Origin: Lepidodermella squamata
Taxonomy: Eukaryota; Animalia; Gastrotricha
Direction: 5' to 3'
Length of the DNA: 64,000 bases
NCBI GenBank assembly: GCA_047495785.1
Contig: JBLDXI010000021.1
Span: 248,001 to 312,000, forward strand
Shown: in pieces, positions 28,873-43,037 of the stretch
Position numbering within the stretch: position 1 is the stretch's first letter
Layout: each line of letters opens with the position of its first letter
Translations under genes and position numbers: made by a program
Notes under the pieces: model-generated
The model's database searches: none
What the model saw: only the letters and a program-made list of their open reading frames with translations
Told to the model about the DNA's origin: nothing

Positions 28873-30384
28873 TTCCGATATTGAACCTTGCATCTGAAGT
28901 GGCCTTCAATTTACCTAAATCTATGGATCGATCTTCGGTTTTTCATGGATTGATTTTATCTTTTAAAACGAGAAAGGTTCATTTGGAAGATTGAAGTTCA
29001 TTTGAAGGTGAGAATATTCTTACTCCAATTCTAGCCAATGGCAAACATTTCCTCTGTTTCTAATAGGTGACATTGCCAGATTGCTTAGAAACATTTCGCT
29101 TTTAATCGACAAATTGAGATATATTCGCCCATTGATGCGCAGTCTTGTGCGCGTTTATAGCTCGCAAGCCATTTAAACAAAATTACAGTTAGCCTGCATG
29201 GCGCGAAAGGATTTACCATATATCTCTGCTTTCTCTCTGCAAGCTGATTCGGAGATTGATGTAGTTTCATTGGAACAGCTTCATTGGATCGATCTTTCCG
29301 AAGCTCTGTCATCAAATTAAGGATGAAATTCCGAGGAAACTTGTAACCACAGGCGATAACATTCGCGAAAGGCGGCTGATACAAGCTACAGTTGCTTCGA
29401 AACAGCAGCTAATGGCGGCGGAAATCGAATACTGAACTATGGCTACCATGGTAGTCGAAGAACTGCCATCATCGACAACCAGAATGACTGGATCTACGCC
29501 AATCTAGCCATTATGGAGGGGCCGAACTGATAAAAGCCCGGAGTAGGGCGAGAATTCGAGCCTCTTCACGGAACAGTGGTCCGGCTGGCCCGGCTGTTGT
29601 ATGCTGTGCATGCCTGCTCACTTTAACGGCTACATGGCCTTTCCGCGTGTACACTCAATACTTTCCGAGCCTAACATGGCTACAAAACTTCTTACAAAAG
29701 ATCTACTCGGATAAATTTGTGGGTACGGTTAACCGCGATTCAGTTCGAGAGATCTAAAATTCACCAGTCTCTACAGAAAACCGCTTTGAACTGCTCAAGA
29801 ACCGCATGTAATGATTATGATTTCACCAGTTTCGAATCGATGAAGGATTCAAATAAACTAAGCATATTGCAAAGCTGATCTTTTCTTGTGTATCATTTCA
29901 TCGAAGGCCATCGAAGCCTTCAAAATACCTAAGAGGGCCTAATGTTCGATAGCAGCAGCGAAACCGATTTGGCTTTTGAAAGTGGTGTTTCTCTTGAAGA
30001 TTTTTCAATTAGGTAGTTGCTGCATCATTGGAATTCTGGATAAATACAGTAGTAGCTAATCTCTGGTCCAGCGTTAGGGTGAATGGCGATGAAACACCCG
30101 CGGTTTGACCGGTTATTAAGCCATCGCCTGTTATCGCGTCTGGTGCCCTCCACACGCATGCGAACACGCGCTAATCATTATATTATACGTATAAAGCGTT
30201 ATCCATTTATTATTTATGCGCGCACTCGCCTTGTATTATGCATGAAAGCACTGTTCATTTATTAGTGTGAGTAATATCGAAAGGCACCAATTAACACGAC
30301 CCTATCAATCACTGAAGTTAGTGACACGCTTATGAGTCTTCAAGTATCTATTCCGAGGCCGATTTGCTGTTTTTCCTCGTAAAT

Positions 30385-33052
30385 GGGCAGGTCCCGGGTT
30401 ACCGGGGACTGCTGTTAGGCGGAAGCCGACCCCCTAGTTTTTCTCCGTCCGTAACACCTGCGGCAGCTCAAGACTTCAAATACTATTAATCTCCTGAAAA
30501 TTTTTTTAAATTTTTAGAATTCTTATTTAAATCAGATTTTTTTATTTGAATATTCAAATGTATGCAAATTAGGTCTCGCCTAATTTAGAGGAGAGACGTC
30601 CTTCTGCTCGTGCAGGGTTTACCCTCATCGACAGATTTTGTAAGTGAGAGGCGAAAACATCGACGAGAGCAGCATCGTTAATCGTTTCACGGTTGTCGCA
30701 CAGTCCTGTTTGACATCTGAGGAAGCCGTGCGGCAGAGGAGTATTAACTGCACCACACGAGAAGAACTTATTGAGGGAGGGTTCTGTTTCAAAAGGGGGT
30801 AGAACAACAAAGCCGCGTAAGATCTACCCCACTCCGCTCGCCCTGCTCGCTCCGTTTCGCAGGTCCAATGTGAGAAGAGGAGCAGCGGAGTATTAACTGC
30901 GCCACTGGCGAGACAGTAGGCTCAGAACATCACTCCATCGGTGAGCTGTGCATAATCACACGGATAACTGATACGCAAAGAACGGTTGAGACAAGTTCCG
31001 TTTCAAAATGAGCTAGACCAACGAAGCCGCGCCGTTGTGAGAAGTCTTTCAATGATTTGATCAGCTGAGTATTTCACTGAAAATCACTTAAGTCGTTGCA
31101 GTTAAAATGATATTTCAGATAGCTGAAATGACTCTTATTGCGCTTCTGATTCAGAAAAGATACATTTCCAATGCCCATTCGCCTTCAATTCAGCATTAGC
31201 ACCAGCCTACGATGATCAGAGCAGAACGCCGCGTCACTGAGGTGTGTTATCACTGTAACACTTGTTCCCACCGTTCGATAGTTGTCGATCAATTGTCCTG
31301 TATGTATGTCCTGTTTCATTTGGTCAACTGATAGTACATATATTGCTGTCACAGGACGCCTGCAAGGCCTGCAAGGCAGGGTTGCCGTTGTTGATTTTTG
31401 TTCAACATCCGAACTCCGAACACATGACTTGTAGGTTTCGGATCATCTGATTTATAGAAAACATACCCTAATGCCTCGAGCACGCAATTAAGATTTCGCT
31501 GAACTCATGCCAACTCACGTTTTATTATTGTTGCTGGATTACTGCCCCTTGAGGAATCCGGAGTCATCCCAGAATTATTTACTCTTTTCTCAGTGAGGAT
31601 AATCACGCTGCGCTATCATTCAGTTAAAATTAATAAGTGATCAGTGAATTCAGTGATAAATGACATGTGAGTTTCGTATCTAATAAAGAGCAAGTAATAT
31701 CGGAGGAAAGCTTCACTAGGACTTAGCTAACCTCTATTCAATACCTAGTTATCAGTAATTTTTTGTTTTGTATTCGAAAAACTATTATCAGAAGAACGCT
31801 TTTATATGATACCTATGGTACCTAGAGCTAATTCATCTAAGGGTAAGCATTCCGAGATCTAACCTTAATACGCATCTAAAGAGAGCAGAAGCATAATGCT
31901 GAGAGATGAAGCTACCCTGAGAGGTCTTCGCAAATGGAATAATATTGACATCAGTCATAAGCCGCAATCCAATTAGTTTGTGTTACTTTTATTCCTCTTG
32001 AATACTCTTGAACTTCTAGATCTTCTCAGAAATTTACCGGCTGAATTCCTTGGAGATTAATCTATAGATTGTGCTAATTTAGAGTGCTTCCAATTTTTAT
32101 TTTGAGTTTGCATATTTTTCGTTAGAAGAGTGATAGAACCGAGAGAAATTCGGAGTTCAGAATCGTCAATAAGCCCAGAAGTGTAGATGCTTATCATTTA
32201 TCATTATCCACGTTGAACGATCCTTACCAGAGCATTTAAGCTCAAGCACAGAAAGGCGCCATAAAAAGCACAGAGAGACATAAGTTTTGTTCTCTATGCT
32301 CTCAAGTTGCTCGTTTGCTAAATGAGTGTTGGCTTTGACCTTTGACTCACTGGTATAACTTCTTTAAAACGAAGAACAAATGCACTCCCTAACTCACAGT
32401 TACAGTTAAAGTGTTATTTATAGTCCAAAATCCAATTCTGACTTCCGCAATTTGATCTCGGATGATACAAAGAATCATGCCAAGATACCAAGAATCTCAC
32501 GTCCTTCTGAGGCAGGGTATATCGGACAGGACATACCCGCTGGAATTTCAGGAACGGCGGATAGACCACGCCGATACTCACTGGTGTCATACAGTTAATA
32601 AAATGAAAAAGCTCATCGCCACGCTGATTGCATGTCCTGAATGTCAAGCTAGGCGGGGTAAGTTGTTCAATGACACGAACACTTGACCGCTGCTGCACCC
32701 GAGAAGTCATGAGTCATATGAACGAAATTTGTTGAGGTCTACTTATATTTCAAGCTGGCTGATTAGTTGCCTCTCCAAGCGAGGCGAAAAGAGTGAAGAC
32801 GGCAGTCCGTCAAACATCTGAAATTTAGACGAAAGAATGAAACATGGGATCTAACAAATCTAACACGCCGCGGTGATCTTTGAGATTGTTAGCCTCAACT
32901 TCTAACTGATTCCCGGTTACGCAGGAGTCAGCCTTTGTCTCGTTGACGCATCTTTTCTACATCAGTCATCTCTTACTAGATACTAGACCTTTTCTATATA
33001 AAACATAAAACTCCTTTTTCCGCAAGACAACGCAAGACAATGGGACCTGCCC
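30385..33052. mobile_element. TIR-bounded DNA transposon remnant (~2.67 kb), possibly ISL2EU/PHIS-type
   Basis: GGGCAGGTCCC (30385-30395) and GGGACCTGCCC (33042-33052) are perfect inverted repeats, each flanked by AT (30383-84; 33053-54). No intact transposase ORF. Confidence 0.6.
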
Positions 33053-34226
33053 ATTACGCCACGCTGCAAGCGCAGCGCAGCGGCGTAAGAAAATTTGACC
33101 TTTCCCGAGTAAAGAAATGAGTTATGACCTTATGCTGCGCCACGATCGAATATGGGGCGCGGGGATCGTTTTTCGAAGTCCTTAAATTGATGCGGCTAAG
33201 AACTCAATATTTAAAAAAAACAAATTAAACCATATTTTGTTACAAGTCATATTGGTAATAAATTTGAAATGAATGTAAAATTATATTTTTTGACCGAAAT
33301 AAATTCTTAGTTCTTCAAATCAAAAAATCGGCCGTATGAATCGAACGCGTTCGGAATCTATAACTTTGACGCGATGAGAAAGCTCTCTGTTGTTCGTCGT
33401 ATTTCGGCAGTGCAGTGTTTTAAGCTGTCTATCATGATAATTATTGGCCAAATTAGATATATGTCTGAGGTCCGATGTACGATGTATTCGCTGCAGCATA
33501 AATTTCAATATTTTTTCCGGGGCTTATCATCTTTTTCCTTCAATTTGATACACTTTGAAGTTTGCATATAGAAGGCGCATCAGATCTTTGGCATCTATTG
33601 CTACGTTACTGATCGTGCGATTTTGCCCAGGTCGATTTCGTCAATTAACTTATCTGTGCTGGAGGAAATTCGGCGGCTAACGTTGTTTCCGATTTCCGGG
33701 TATCAACACTTAAGCAACTTCATCTGCCCTTTCGATTAGATTTCGAGTTTGAGCGGGTTGTGAGAACTGACGTTCTTCTGGCGATGACAGGCAATAAGCG
33801 ATCATCAGACGCTTGCCATGCTATTTCAAATTTATTATATATTATAGGAAGTCTCATCCATCATCCATTTGCAAAAGCCAAAATGCTTTGCGGTTTTTAG
33901 GGGTTGCGAACTCGATCAACGCTGCGAAAGGTTTTGCTTGGGAGGGATACAGTTTTGTTTTATGTCGCTATGACTGCATTGCCAACATATCAGAGAAGTT
34001 ATTTCGAACTTCGAACTGTGAGTGCATTATTAGGGTTACAATGCGACCTCGATTAACGACGGTCAAATTGATGATGCCTCCACTTTAGAGGTTTTACTCG
34101 CTTAATTTCCCATTCACGAAACCAAAAGGTATGAGTATAGACGGTGGGTGATTTCCGAGTCAATCAACCTTATATAGAACTAAATCGTTGCTCATTCGTC
34201 TATTATTAATGTAGGGCTTTTACATA

Positions 34227-37200
34227 ATGAAAACAAAGCCGGGACAAGCCCAAGAATTTGATAATAACAATGCATACAAGCATCGAAATCAATCAGTCCA
34301 AAATGCTCAACCCGGTAATCCCCGTCGCAACTACTCCGCCAATCCCACGAGTGGAAAAGTAGTATCTGGATCGAAGTATGTTCTCAAGCCAGTTCAGCTC
34401 TCCAGCATGCGCATGGGAGAGAACTCATCAGCTATCGCAACTTCGACTGCACAATCGCATGCTCAACTTCAACAAAGTAACAGTGACAGTTCTAACCCTC
34501 AGTGGCGGTCGACAACTAGCAATAGTGCGGCCCCGAGAGAACAAGCGTGGCGGCCATCAGATGGGAGAGCTCAGAACGGTCAAGTCACCCGGTCGTGGAG
34601 CTCTGTAGCAGGCCACGCTGCTCCGACGACTGGATCGTATTCCGGCACTCCACTTGGAGAAGCTAACTTTCCTCCGTTACCGGGCGAAGGAGCCCCGACT
34701 TCGAGTGAACCGCAACTGAAACCGCAAGGTGCTGGGTTCTGGATTCAACGGCATGGTAATCAGTTTTAACATTGACTGTTGACTTCAATCAGTTTCTCTT
34801 GCATTTGTAGTTTCTGATGACGCATCGCAACCTTCGCAACCTACTGTTCAGCAAGGATCACCTTTACGCAACTATAACGTGGAGGCTGAAGAAGATCGCA
34901 CAAGCCGGCCACCTTATCCGCCAGTTCCTCCTGCACCCCAATCAGTTTACTCTGCTGGAGGGGGTGCGGCCGTGATAATGCCTCCTATGACGAACAAACA
35001 AACCGGTCCGCCCCCGGCTGTAATGTACGGCGCTCCGCCTTTTCAGTACAGACCGGGTTTTCCAGGGCAAATGCCACCTTACACAGGCTATCCTCCACCT
35101 TTCGCTATGCCTATTCCCCCTGGTGTCAGGTAATTCGAAAGACATATTTATGTAAATGTGACAAAACTTTTTTTGCATAGATGGACCGGTCCGCCGCAGC
35201 AAAGTCATCCTCAAGAATCTTCCAACAACGCTAAAGAACAGCAGTCTGAACCGAGCGTTAACCGTTCTGAAAATTCACCTGCAAAACCAACGCAATCTCG
35301 ACCTTGGGCTGGTCCTAATGTCGCAGGTTATCGGCCAGTGGATTACTCAGCTCAGATTAACTTCAGTGATGAGGAGGAACAGGATGAACCTCAGCAACGA
35401 CAGCATGCAAGTTACGATAATCACAGTTCTCGCAATGACGCTGCTAAACCTTTACCGGACAAGGATTTTAATGTGCCACCTCCTGTAGCTAGCCATCCAC
35501 ACATTCCGTCTCAGTGGAAGCAACAGAAAAATGATTACTCTCGTCGTCAGGGATCGGAAAATTTTGACCAGCAAAACACTGCCCCTCAACCAGTGTTGAA
35601 TTTCCAGTCTTCGAAAAGTGATAACATCTTGCCCTCGCGGGCTAATCAGCAGCAACAGGTTCTTCAAAAACCGTACCCCGTTAACGATGCCGAGGATGAC
35701 AGTGTTGATGATGAGGTTCAAGCAGCTGTTGAAAGAGCGAGGCGTCGCCGGTTAGAGCAGCAGCGGCTCGCAGCTGGTGGCGCACCCGCTGCTGCTGAGG
35801 TTGTTGAACCAGCCCCTCGTCCTCAACAAAAGTCAGATAGTCCTAATAAATCGAATAAACCAGCGTCGAAGCAAGAGGCGAAACCAGTGCAGCAGCATCG
35901 AAGGCAGTACGAGCAGGAGGAGAACTGTGATAATTCTGGTTATAATAATAATAATGGTGATTACGACTCGAGTAAGCGAGGAGGTGTGAAATCGCGTTCG
36001 TCACAGCTAGCCAAGGCTCGCCCTCTGGCCGGTGAATCTTCTAGTCAGGAAGGACAACAACAGCAGCAGCACTATAAGAGCGGTAGAAATACCCAACAGC
36101 AGCAGCCTCCGCCCCTTTTACACGAAGAAGTTGGAGAGAAACACTCCGGTGAGGGAAAAGCGAAGCCGGTTGATAGCAAGCAACAGGCCAGTACTGAGTC
36201 GAAACGAGACGGCGATAAAAAGCAACAAGGTCGGCCCGCACCTAGTCAACAGCCGCAGAAGTCTCAGCGTAATGCTCCTTCCCAGCAGCAGCAGCAACAA
36301 CAACAGCAGCAAAGGCCGTCAAATCGAGGCGGATCTTCTCGCTATAACGATCGGAATTATAACGAGTATTATGGCGAAGAGGATTATGACTATGGCTATG
36401 AGGGTCAGTATTGGGACGATAATAAAGGTAGATACGTTACAAATCGGGGTAATGGCTCAAGCCGAGGTGGAAGATCTGAAAATGTCGCTAAAAAGCCGGC
36501 GGTTCAGGGTAACCAACAGCGCGGTACAAGGTCTGATGCGAATTCCCGACCTCAGTCTTCCAAACCAGTCGCGAAAGTTGAGGAGAAACCTGTCGGCGAT
36601 ATCCCCGAGACTAGCTCTGAGACAAAGCAAGCTGCTTTACCGGATGTTGTTACGTCAGGCTCGGCTGAAGTTGAGCAGAACAACACCAATGCTAGAAGAC
36701 CACCTGTTGCTGCAAGGACTGGCACGCCCTCAAATCGGACGAATCGGCCTGATGACCAGCCACCTGCTCCCGATCTCAGCACTGCCATTGCCAAGGCCAA
36801 GGCGTTGACAACTAGCCCGCGCCGTCGTGATCAAGTCAGTACCTCAGCTATTTCCCGGCCCAGCACCCGTGGCGGTCACGTTCGAGCTCACGTCGCCGCC
36901 CCAGCGTCAAGCCAGGGTGGCAGGGGTGGTAGCGGCTACACTCGTGGTGGCCGCAACTACGATAGCCATCAGCCATCTGGTCGGCGGAATTACGATAACA
37001 GCAACCAGTGGGGTAGCAGGCCTGAAGAAGCTGCTGAACAGGCTCACGGCCCGTCGACAGAGCCGAGCAATGTCGAAAGTGCAAAGGCGAGACGGTATAC
37101 CCCGAGCGCAGATTCCGGCTCCAACACGGCCCGAGCGACTTCTGCTGATATGAATGAGCAATGGGAAACTGCCTCTGAGACGAGCATTGATCATCAGCAA

Positions 37201-40200
37201 AAGCAACACCAGCCATCACAAAAGTCTCAGGAATTGAGTAAAGGTATGTGGATAATTTTCAAGGTGGATAGATTTTTCTGTTTCCCTTCTGTTTTGATCC
37301 GAACTGAAATCATTTTGTTTGTTTTTAGTTGATAACGGTACTGCTGAATGGAGCAAAACTGCCAATGATCGTTTCCGTCGTGGTTCGCGCCGCACTGGTG
37401 GTGATCGCGAGAAAACCATCGAACAACACGCTGCTACGCTAGAGCCCTTACTACCCGGCCCGAATAAGTCGAGCCGAGGTGGCAAGAGTGGTGGAGAGCG
37501 GAGAGGAGGCGGTCGAGTCGGACATTCATCCCACTCGCCTGCGACGAAAAACGCTGTTTCTAACGCGGTCGGCAATGACGGCGGGTCTTCCTCGCAGACG
37601 CGGTCAGGTTCTCACAGTTCACCGGGTCGCAATCGGCCGAAACCGAACCCGTTGAAGGACATTGATTTGAACAACATTGCCGGAGTTGTGAATATCGACA
37701 CCATCGCCCCCTCTGCCACGTCAAACGTGGACGACTTTGTGTTGGGCGATGATGGCGAAACTGTCCTCATCGATAACGCCGATGGGTTCCAACAGGTGGT
37801 TTCGAAAAAGGAACGGCGCCAGTCTAAAAAACAACCGCCAATCTTGTTTTCCGAGGCTGTTAGCGGCGGGTCTAGGGGTGGGGCGGTGGCTGTTGCTGCT
37901 GCTGCCGCGCCTAGGTCAGGCCCGGGTAACAACCAAACCAGCCGGCAGAGGGGGTCTCAAGCTCAGCGAGGCTCGTCAGGCCCTCAGAAAAATTCTCGGT
38001 CGAAAGCTCAGCCAGCTGATTCGAACGAATTCCAGCAGAATAAACAGGCCAGTTTCGATAATTACGCATCCTGGGACCCGTCTACAGGCGGACCATTGCC
38101 CCCGCCTCTCCTTGGGCCAAGCCCACCTAAACCCAACCGCCATCATCATCAGTCTTCATCATCTTCGATTCAGCAATCAAGCCCTGTACCAGCCGAGAAA
38201 ACGCCGGGTAATAACGGTATCTTCAACCAGGAGCTGGCTAATGCCGTCACATCGCCGGTCGAGGATGATAATGACGAAATTTTGGGGCCAAAGTCGCAAC
38301 AGTTGCTGTGTAACATCTCCGAGTTGACTCATTTATCAGCGGCTGGCGAGCAGCAGGATGAACAGGAGGTTGTTAGTAACGCTAATAAGAGCGCGAATAC
38401 TAGTGGGGTTGTAGGCGAGGGTGTTTGGTCCTCCGGGGCGGATGCTTTCTCGACCCAGGCCGGCCAGTCGAACCAAAGCGACAGTCAATCGAAAGAAACT
38501 CTGGCTCAAAGTCAACAAGCGGCTGTAAATTTCCAGTTCTGTTTCGACCAGTCGGGCGTGGATACCGCGTCTGGGCAGCAGGCTCAGCAGCAGAGCACGT
38601 CTGGAGACTTTTCGAACTATTGGGGTTCGATAAATTCGATGACTTCTGCAGTTTCCGCGGCCGCTTTCGTGCCGTCTTCAACCGTGACGACGACAGCTGG
38701 CGATGACTTCACGAAACAGGCCTTCGCGCCGTTGCAAGTCGCCCTGCCACAACCGGGCCAGTCGTCTCAATCGAGCCAATTATCGCCACCGCGGCGGCCT
38801 GACAAGCTGCCCGTTTCGAATACGCAACAGCAAATGCAGCAGCAGTTGGAGCAAATGGCTAATGTATGTGATCCATTTTATTTCGCGGGCTTAGCTTCTC
38901 CACCCAAAATCTGCTTGATATTCAAAAAGAGACGCTTTGGATGATTTTATATCTGGTGCAATATTTTTTATGTTAATAATAAACTTACCCAGTGTTGTTA
39001 TTTCGTTTCATTTTTCGTAGATCGGAATTCTTTTATTTTATTTTTGTGTTTTTGCCTGTAGGTTCGGCCAATGCCTGTCAGTTCGAATGATGTTTACTTT
39101 CCGCAGCAACAAATGGCGATGACTACCCAGCAGCAACTGGCTGCACGGTACGCGTTCCAGGGCCAGTTTATGCAGCAACAAGCCCCGCCACCGCCGCAAC
39201 AGGGTCAACAGCCGTTGATTTTGAATGCGCAGAACGGGCAGCAGAATGCGGCTGCTCTTGGCATGGACGACAAGAGTTTCCAACAACAACAGCAGAACCA
39301 GCAACAGATTGCAGCGGCGATCGCGGCGGGTTTGCCGATTCACCTCGGCGCACCGCCGACGCAGCAGTCAATTCACGCTACGCTGTCTACTGGCCAGCCG
39401 TCTTTCCAGCCGATGGATTCTGCTAATGTCATACCTGCGGGCTTTCCTCTTTACTCCGATCAATTCGTAAGTTTGAAAGTGTTGCAGTTGAGTCTGGTCA
39501 CCTCACGAAACTTGAAAATGGAATTGGAAAATGAGGATTACTATAGCCCGTGGGCTCCCAATTACGCGTCAAAAGAAAAAACGTGCTCAAGCAATTTTGA
39601 AAATCTTAACAGCTTGCATTAGACGCCAAGGACGATCTGCTAAAAATTTAATAATAATTATTAATAATTTAGAAATTATGCCTGTTTGACCTGAAACTAT
39701 TTATTGGTCCAATCATTCTTCGATTGGAGGAAATATAAAATCGGCCTATAGCTTTTAACGGTGAGACTCTATGTTTGGCTAATTGAGCTATTCTTGTGCC
39801 TATCGAATTCATAATTTTGATTGCGTTGTAAGTATAATTTTGTAGCGGAAAAGGGGCCTATCGATTAGGATTCTACCTTCTCAAATTTCGGGAGTAAAAC
39901 CTGATACTTTGATTGATCGATGAGATTTAAAGCGCGCCTAGCAGCTAAATCATTCGAAACTCGAATATAAGGAGTGTATTTTGTCTAGTTTTCCATTATA
40001 TAAAAATAGCCATCGCTCTATTCGAGGTTTTGCAAAGGATGAACTCCTCCATTCAAGCTAGCAAAGAACGATTTCAATCTAGAATCTGAAGTCTTTGCAT
40101 TGCCATTACTTTCATCTTTCGAAATGTTATTGCTTCGACATGGTTGTTAATTGCGTTAATTTTCTTTCGATTTTTTCAGTTTGCTCCGCCTCCTCATTAT

Positions 40201-43037
40201 GGTGGTGTCGCGCCTATGCCAGGGCCGGGTTTCCAATCGGCGCCAACCTCGGCACCCCAGCAGACTCAAGGATCTCAAATGTTTCAGCCGTCACCCCACC
40301 CGGCGCAGCAGCCCGGTCAACCGGGTGGCCAAGGGCCCCAGGCCCAGTCCCTCTCGACAATGCTGCTAACTGCCGGCGCCGACTTCTACAACCCGAATGG
40401 CCCTTTCGCCGCTCCGGGTGCTCAACAGCAGTCGAAAAACATGCAGTCAGCGATATCTCCGGCCGGTCAGGGCCCGTCCCTGCTGCAAAGCGTGGGTCAA
40501 GGCGGGAAGGGTGGCCAGCAGCAACCGCAGTTCCAACTCGGACCGCAAAATAGCATGCCCCTCCAGCCGTTCCCTCTCAGTCACCTGTCGGCAATGGACC
40601 CGGCCGCAGCGTCTCCCGGCGCCTACTTCACCCATCCTGGTTTCAACATGATCCCGCAAATGGCACCGCAAACGCAGTCGGGCCAGCCGCAACAGCCTCA
40701 ACACCAGGGCGGACCGCCGACCCCGCAACCACAGCCGTTCTTCCAGCTACACCCGCAAATGTCGCAACCACCGCCGCAGATGCAGCAGCAACAGGGAGCT
40801 ATGTTCGCGCCGAGAATGCCACCATCAGCATCGACCTCGCAGCCGCCTCACAGCGTCGCCCCGGGCGCTCCGCTCATTTCACCGTCTGGTAACCTGCAAA
40901 ACATCATGGCGACTATCCAGGCGAATTTCAAGAGTATGAACATCAATACGAACTCAGGTCCGGGTGGGAACCCGGGCATGGGTCGATCTGCTCACTCGCC
41001 GTCGCCTCAGTTCCAGCAGCAACAGCTGGACAGGTCGAAAATGCCACCGCCGCCTAACCCTGGTCAACACCAGGCTGGTTCGATGTTGATATCAGGGTTG
41101 ATGCAGCAACAGACGCAGCAGCAGCAACAACAGCAGGCAGAGATCACGAGGAAGCTGGTCGCGGATTGGAACCCGCAATTTGCTGCGGCGATGCTGGGAA
41201 TACGGCAGCCGTCTCAGAGTGGCCGCCAGGGGTCCCCGCCAGTCCCGCCGGGTGGCGGCATCACGCCTCAATTTTTGCAAAATATCATTCAGCACCAAGT
41301 TGCTGCGGCGAACAAGTCACAGCAGCCTGACCAGCAGCAGTTGGGTGGCTTGAAGCCGTCGGGTTCGAATGGCAACATGGTGGGTCATATGCAGGGCCAC
41401 GGATCCATCGGCCAGTTCAACCAGCAAACACAACAGCAGCAATTGGCGCAAAATCTGCGATTCTTGGGCGCTTCAGTCGGGCAGCAGATGCAACAAGCAC
41501 CGCGGCCTGCGTCTGGGAATAACAATGGAGGAAATAACGGTCAACCGTCGCCGTCTATGGGCGGCAGGTTCCAGGGCCCGGGTGCTATTGGCCAGCCGAA
41601 TCTTCAACAACAGCAACAACAGCAGCAGCAACAGCAACAACAGGCGAATTTCATGCAAGGGATGAATGGCCAGATTGGTCAGATGAAAAACCAACCTCAA
41701 ATGCCATCCCAGCAGAATTCAGCCGCGTTCCAGGGGCAGAATAATTTCCAATCTACTTTGATGCGAATGCAACAGCAGCATCAACAACAACAACAGCAAC
41801 AGCAGCAACAACAGCAGCAGCAAAATAGGCAACAGCAACAACCAAATTTTGTTGATCAACGGATTTCGCGACAAGTTGGCGAAACCGGGGGTCGGTCGAT
41901 GTCGCCGAAATTTTTGCAGTCGAATGGGTCTTTTCCGAATAATCAACAGCACCGGCCCTCGCCTGTTGGCGGAATGACAGGCCCGCAGTCGGGTAATTTC
42001 GGAAATCATCCAATGCAACAGCAGCAACAGCAGCAAAATCAACAGCAAAGGTTCCAACAGTCGTCTCAAATCGGTAACCAGGGCCAGCAGGGTCAAATGG
42101 GTGGCAATGTTCATAACAACAACAACAACCGTCAGGGTGGTATGAATAAGCAGCAAAATGACCAGCCGGACCCGCATTACTACCGACGACCTGGTCAGCA
42201 GCAACAGCAGCATCAACAACCACAAGGCAACAGCTCATCTCGAAATTCTGATGACGTTAGGGTGGCTGGCGAGCCGCGGCGAATGGGCGGTACCCCTGAA
42301 GTTCCGGCCCTCGGTCAAAATTCGCAGCAAGGCGGGTCGGACGGGCTTAATTTACCCGCGCCGCCGCCGTTCCCGGGCAACGATTTCGCGAGGATTGCCT
42401 TGGGCAAGCAGCCGAATGCGGTTGGAGGCCGTCGAGAAGGATCGGCGGTTGGTCCTGACAACGATCGATCGGGTGATGCTGGCGATTATTCGCGATCAGG
42501 CGACGATAGCCAGCGACAAGGTGCCAATATGCCGACTGTTCCGCCGATGCCGCAGGAGTTGAGGATGCTCACTATGAGTGGCTTGTGGCAACCGCCGGCG
42601 ATTCCACCCCCGCTACTCCCGAATGACCACCACCACATGCGGTCATCGGGCGCTATTGGCAGCGGCCGTGGACAACGCGGGTCGGCTGGAAATTCTAGAC
42701 GGGGATCGTCTGCGACTCACCATCAGGTATATTTTTTTTTACCATTTTCCGAATTTGCTGTAAAATTTAATGGTAATTTTTTTTTGCTTTTTAGAAACAC
42801 GGAAATTCGCAGAATTTGACGAATAGTAACAGCAATGCTTCGGATGATTCGAGGTCGGCGGGTGCGAATGCATCTCCCGAGAATGCCCAGGGCAGTGACG
42901 ATGGCGCGAATTCGCCTAGCAACGCAGTAACGACTGGGCAAGATGTTAAAAGCTGCGATGAGTCATCATCGGCGACAGTCAACAACAATACCAGTGAAAT
43001 CAACACCCCCGCTCCCGTCGAAGCCAGCAGCAACTGA
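34227..43037 (+). CDS. PRRC2: PRRC2/BAT2/nocte-family protein, ~2546 aa, Q/P-rich low complexity
   Basis: Exons 34227-34755, 34811-35129, 35181-37243, 37329-38863, 39062-39466, 40180-42726, 42795-43037 total 7641 nt in frame. Family motifs WAG...VDYSAQINFSDEEE, AAVERARRRR, EQWETASETS, IDLNNIAGVVNID, DGFQQVVSKKERR. Confidence 0.88.

Noticed and set aside
32414-32710. Minus-strand ORF resembling a Helitron helicase motif (FINCMTP...CPV)
   Set aside because: The similarity is short, lacks the following LLRNL/GLCNG motif, and conflicts with alternative plus-strand readings.
36032-42562. Many alternative-frame and antisense ORFs (poly-L, poly-S, poly-A) inside PRRC2
   Set aside because: By-products of CAG/CAA-rich coding sequence.
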